In this document: piece after piece, positions 61,118 through 64,000 of the stretch
Position numbering within the stretch: position 1 is the first letter of the stretch
Layout of the letters: the number at the start of each line of letters is the position of its first letter
Assembly (NCBI GenBank): GCA_045626925.1
Contig: JAZUQZ010000027.1
Coordinates: 13,459 to 77,458, forward strand
Length of the DNA: 64,000 bases
Direction of reading: 5' to 3'
Source of the DNA: Candidatus Aphodoplasma sp.
GTDB lineage: Bacteria; Bacillota; Clostridia; UBA1381; UMGS1253
Translations under genes and position numbers: made by a program
Notes under the pieces: generated by a model
What the model was told of the DNA's origin: nothing
The model's input: the letters and a program-made list of their open reading frames with translations, nothing else
Databases searched by the model: none

Positions 61118-61999
61118 GTGATGGAATTTAAGCTAAAAAAATTTAAAAATGCAATTTCTGTGAATCGTATAGCAAATATACATTATTTTGAGTTTACAAA
61201 TGACTTTCATACGCACACCGACCAGCACGCATTCAGAGAACTTGTATTTGTCGATAGCGGAGCAATAACGCTAAGCTCTGATGATTACAATGGAGTGCTC
61301 GAAAAAAATCAACTCATAATTCATAGACCGAACTGTCTTCATTCGTATTGCGAGCATAATGAAGCATCAAGTGTAATTATAATTGGTTTTGAATGTAAAG
61401 ACGATGTGCTTGATGAATTTTCATACACACCGTTTACACTAAATTCTGTCCAAAAATCAATCCTTACACAAATAATAAAAGACGGAAGAAGTGTGTTTCT
61501 TCCGCCATATGATATACCATATTTAAAGGATATGAAAAAAAGAAAAAGCTTCCCCTTTGGTGCAGACCAGCTTATAAAGCTGAATCTTGAGCGGCTTCTT
61601 ATAGAGCTTGTGCGCGGTTATGAAGCACAACCAACCGCAGACAACGAAAGTCATTCGGATATACATATGGCAGATATCGCACGATATCTCGACGAAAATT
61701 ATCGTGAAAAAATTACACTAAATGAATTGTGTTTTCTTTTTAACAGTAATAAAACCACAATATGTAACAAATTCAAACTCGCATACGGCGAATCTGTAAT
61801 AAGCTATATAAACCGCCGTCGAATTACTACAGCAAAAAAGCTATTGCGTGAGGGAAATGTAAATATGACACAAATTGCGTCAATGGTCGGTTTTGAATCG
61901 ATTCATTATTTCAGTAAAACATTTAAAAAATTTGAAAACAAATCACCAACTGAATATATAAACACAATCAAAGCGCGTCTTGAAAATCTTGTGCCGTGA
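61118..61999 (+). CDS. AraC-family regulator divergent from the M24 operon
   Basis: Cupin domain H..E..H; VGFESIHYFSKTFKK. Confidence 0.92.
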   Translation: MMEFKLKKFKNAISVNRIANIHYFEFTNDFHTHTDQHAFRELVFVDSGAITLSSDDYNGVLEKNQLIIHRPNCLHSYCEHNEASSVIIIGFECKDDVLDEFSYTPFTLNSVQKSILTQIIKDGRSVFLPPYDIPYLKDMKKRKSFPFGADQLIKLNLERLLIELVRGYEAQPTADNESHSDIHMADIARYLDENYREKITLNELCFLFNSNKTTICNKFKLAYGESVISYINRRRITTAKKLLREGNVNMTQIASMVGFESIHYFSKTFKKFENKSPTEYINTIKARLENLVP

Positions 62000-62066
62000 T
62001 ATAAAAAAGGCAGAAACAAATGTTTCTGCCTTTTTATTTTTCTTAGTAAACGCCGTATGTATAATT

Positions 62067-63851
62067 CTACTCTATAAGTTGTGATGTATAAAGCTGATAA
62101 TAAAGACCCTGTGCATCAAGAAGCTGTTGATGATTGCCCGCTTCGGCAATATTTTTTTGGTCTATATACAAAATTCTATCACAATTCTTTATTGTGGAAA
62201 GTCTGTGCGCAATAATAAATGATGTTCTTCCTTTTAACAAACTTTGCAAACCCTTTTGTACCAAACTCTCTGTCTTTGTATCAATTGCCGAGGTTGCCTC
62301 ATCAAGTACAAGCACCTTCGGGTCAGCAAGCAGTGTGCGCGCAAAGCTTATAAGCTGTCGCTGCCCTGCTGAAAGCGAGCTTCCGCGTTCGGCAACCATT
62401 GTATTATAACCATCCGGCAAATCTGATATAAACTCATGTGCTGATACAATCTTTGCCGCTTCAATTGCTTCCTCGTCCGTCGCATCAAGTCTGCCATATT
62501 TTATATTTTCCATGATAGTGCCGGAGAATATGAATGTATCTTGTAGCATCATACCCATTTGGCTTCGAAGAGATTTCATCGTAACATCATGTATATTGTG
62601 ACCATCAATAGTGATTCTGCCCGATTTTATATCATAAAAACGCGCAAGCAAGTTTACAATTGTTGTCTTGCCTGCACCCGTCGGCCCGACAAGCGCAATC
62701 GATTCGCCCGCTTTTGCGCGGAAGGTGACATCCTTTAAAATCGGCACATCTTTTTCGTATTCAAAGAATACATGCTCAAATTTTATCTCGCCGCTCACCT
62801 GTGGCAAGTCATATGCGTTTGGAGCATCAACAATTTCGACCTTTTCGTCCATAGCCTCAAAAATTCTCTCAAGGTACGCCGCCGTATCAATTATACTGCT
62901 GTATAATTTTCCAAGATTTTGTATCGGCGCCCAGAAGCGTACACAATACGACGCCATCGCGAATATAACGCCGACGCTTATCTCCTCGCCGAGCTCCAGG
63001 CCTACTATATATACAAATGCGGTTACCAAAGATGAAACAATCATCGACGCAGGACCCATTGTGTGCGTTATGTACGAGCGCCTTATATACCATTTCGAAC
63101 ACTCATCAGCCATAGTGCTTGCAATATTATAGTTCATTTGCTCGCGATTAAACGACTGTGTAACTTTCATACCATCAATGCTTTCCTGATAATATGCGTT
63201 AAGATTCGAGTTTTTGTTTGAAAATGCCTGACTCGCCTTTCTCTGTGGTATCTTTATAAGCAAAACATATACCAAAAACGGAATAACTCCGGCAAGTGCA
63301 ATGAATGTAAGTCGTACATTTGTCGTAAACATAAATATTAGAATAAACACGATGCTTAATAGCTCAAGCACAATATTTACAAGTCCATTTGCAAAAAAAT
63401 CCGCCACAGTATTTACATAATTTACAACACGAACCAAAATTTTGCCATGAGGACGCGAATCATAATAATCAAACGGAAGCTCTTGTATATGCTCAAACAA
63501 ATCGCTTCGCATTTCGGATACGATTTTTTGTCCCATATGATTGCTTATAATGCCACGCTTGCGCTGGGTTATCATTATAATTATCGCAAGAAGAGCGCCC
63601 ACAAGACCGGCCCCGATAGTTGCGTAAATATTTTTTTGTGGTATAAACTCGTCTGTAATCATTCTAAGTATTGTCGGGAAAAACAAATCAGCCACAATAG
63701 CTATAACACTGAGAACGAACGCAAAAACCATCTGTTTAGAATATTTTTTTATGTATTTTGCGCTTCTTTTAAAGTGGTTGATATTAAAAGAGGATTCAAG
63801 CTTTTCATCAACATCATATGTGTTTCGTTTTTGCTTTGTTGTTTCAGACAT
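62067..63851 (-). CDS. ABC exporter, fused permease/ATPase
   Basis: TM domain, [25 protein letters not shown]. Confidence 0.94.
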   Translation of the reverse strand: MSETTKQKRNTYDVDEKLESSFNINHFKRSAKYIKKYSKQMVFAFVLSVIAIVADLFFPTILRMITDEFIPQKNIYATIGAGLVGALLAIIIMITQRKRGIISNHMGQKIVSEMRSDLFEHIQELPFDYYDSRPHGKILVRVVNYVNTVADFFANGLVNIVLELLSIVFILIFMFTTNVRLTFIALAGVIPFLVYVLLIKIPQRKASQAFSNKNSNLNAYYQESIDGMKVTQSFNREQMNYNIASTMADECSKWYIRRSYITHTMGPASMIVSSLVTAFVYIVGLELGEEISVGVIFAMASYCVRFWAPIQNLGKLYSSIIDTAAYLERIFEAMDEKVEIVDAPNAYDLPQVSGEIKFEHVFFEYEKDVPILKDVTFRAKAGESIALVGPTGAGKTTIVNLLARFYDIKSGRITIDGHNIHDVTMKSLRSQMGMMLQDTFIFSGTIMENIKYGRLDATDEEAIEAAKIVSAHEFISDLPDGYNTMVAERGSSLSAGQRQLISFARTLLADPKVLVLDEATSAIDTKTESLVQKGLQSLLKGRTSFIIAHRLSTIKNCDRILYIDQKNIAEAGNHQQLLDAQGLYYQLYTSQLIE

Positions 63852-64000
63852 TTGCGCTCACCTCCTTTTTGCGACCATTCAAGCCTTGCTGGATACAATA
63901 TATATCATAGTAGTATCCCTTTTTTGCAAGCAGCTCCTTATGAGTGCCGCTTTCGGTGATTTCGCCATTTTCTATTATAAATATTTTGTCGGCATTTTTT
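63844..64000 (-). CDS. C-terminus of the partner ABC exporter subunit (truncated by window edge)
   Basis: [34 protein letters not shown]...ANV*; overlaps the start of the next gene. Confidence 0.85.
   Translation of the reverse strand, partial: KNADKIFIIENGEITESGTHKELLAKKGYYYDIYCIQQGLNGRKKEVSANV

Noticed and set aside
1-64000. CRISPR array, IS/transposase, prophage, rRNA
   Set aside because: No regularly spaced repeats and no transposase, integrase, phage or rRNA sequence was recognised.

Overview
Chromosomal segment of a low-GC, spore-forming Clostridia bacterium (spoIVB, cwlD, SCIFF locus, long-form SRP RNA; Oscillospirales/Ruminococcaceae-like). It is mostly housekeeping: acpS-nnr-alr-ndoAI-ndoA, nadK-argR-recN, a 2-oxoacid:ferredoxin oxidoreductase operon, recX-rimO-pgsA, efp, cysE-cysS-mrnC-tkt, scfA-scfB, thrR-hom-lysC-rlmB, folD-rsmG-noc, mltG-trmR-U32 and ffs-dnaX-ybaB-recR. 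Three regions look accessory. (1) An integrase-less islet behind tRNA-Leu(GAG) holds an unusual restriction-modification-like locus: a C protein with C-box, an MspI/HinP1I-like nuclease, a second unrelated PD-(D/E)xK-like nuclease, and a single convergent C5-methyltransferase resembling the CCTC-specific H. pylori HP0051, with no opposite-strand methyltransferase. (2) A sugar-redox/metal-stress islet lies between efp and tRNA-Lys(CTT). (3) An AraC-linked operon encodes a metal-ligand-degenerate M24 (creatinase-like) enzyme, an ASRT-family protein and a creatininase-family enzyme. Also noted: a candidate ECF-sigma-driven sRNA, internal in-frame starts in rubrerythrin and copA, a frameshifted YitT remnant and strong GATC avoidance. 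All family calls come from motif recognition by eye; no searches were run.
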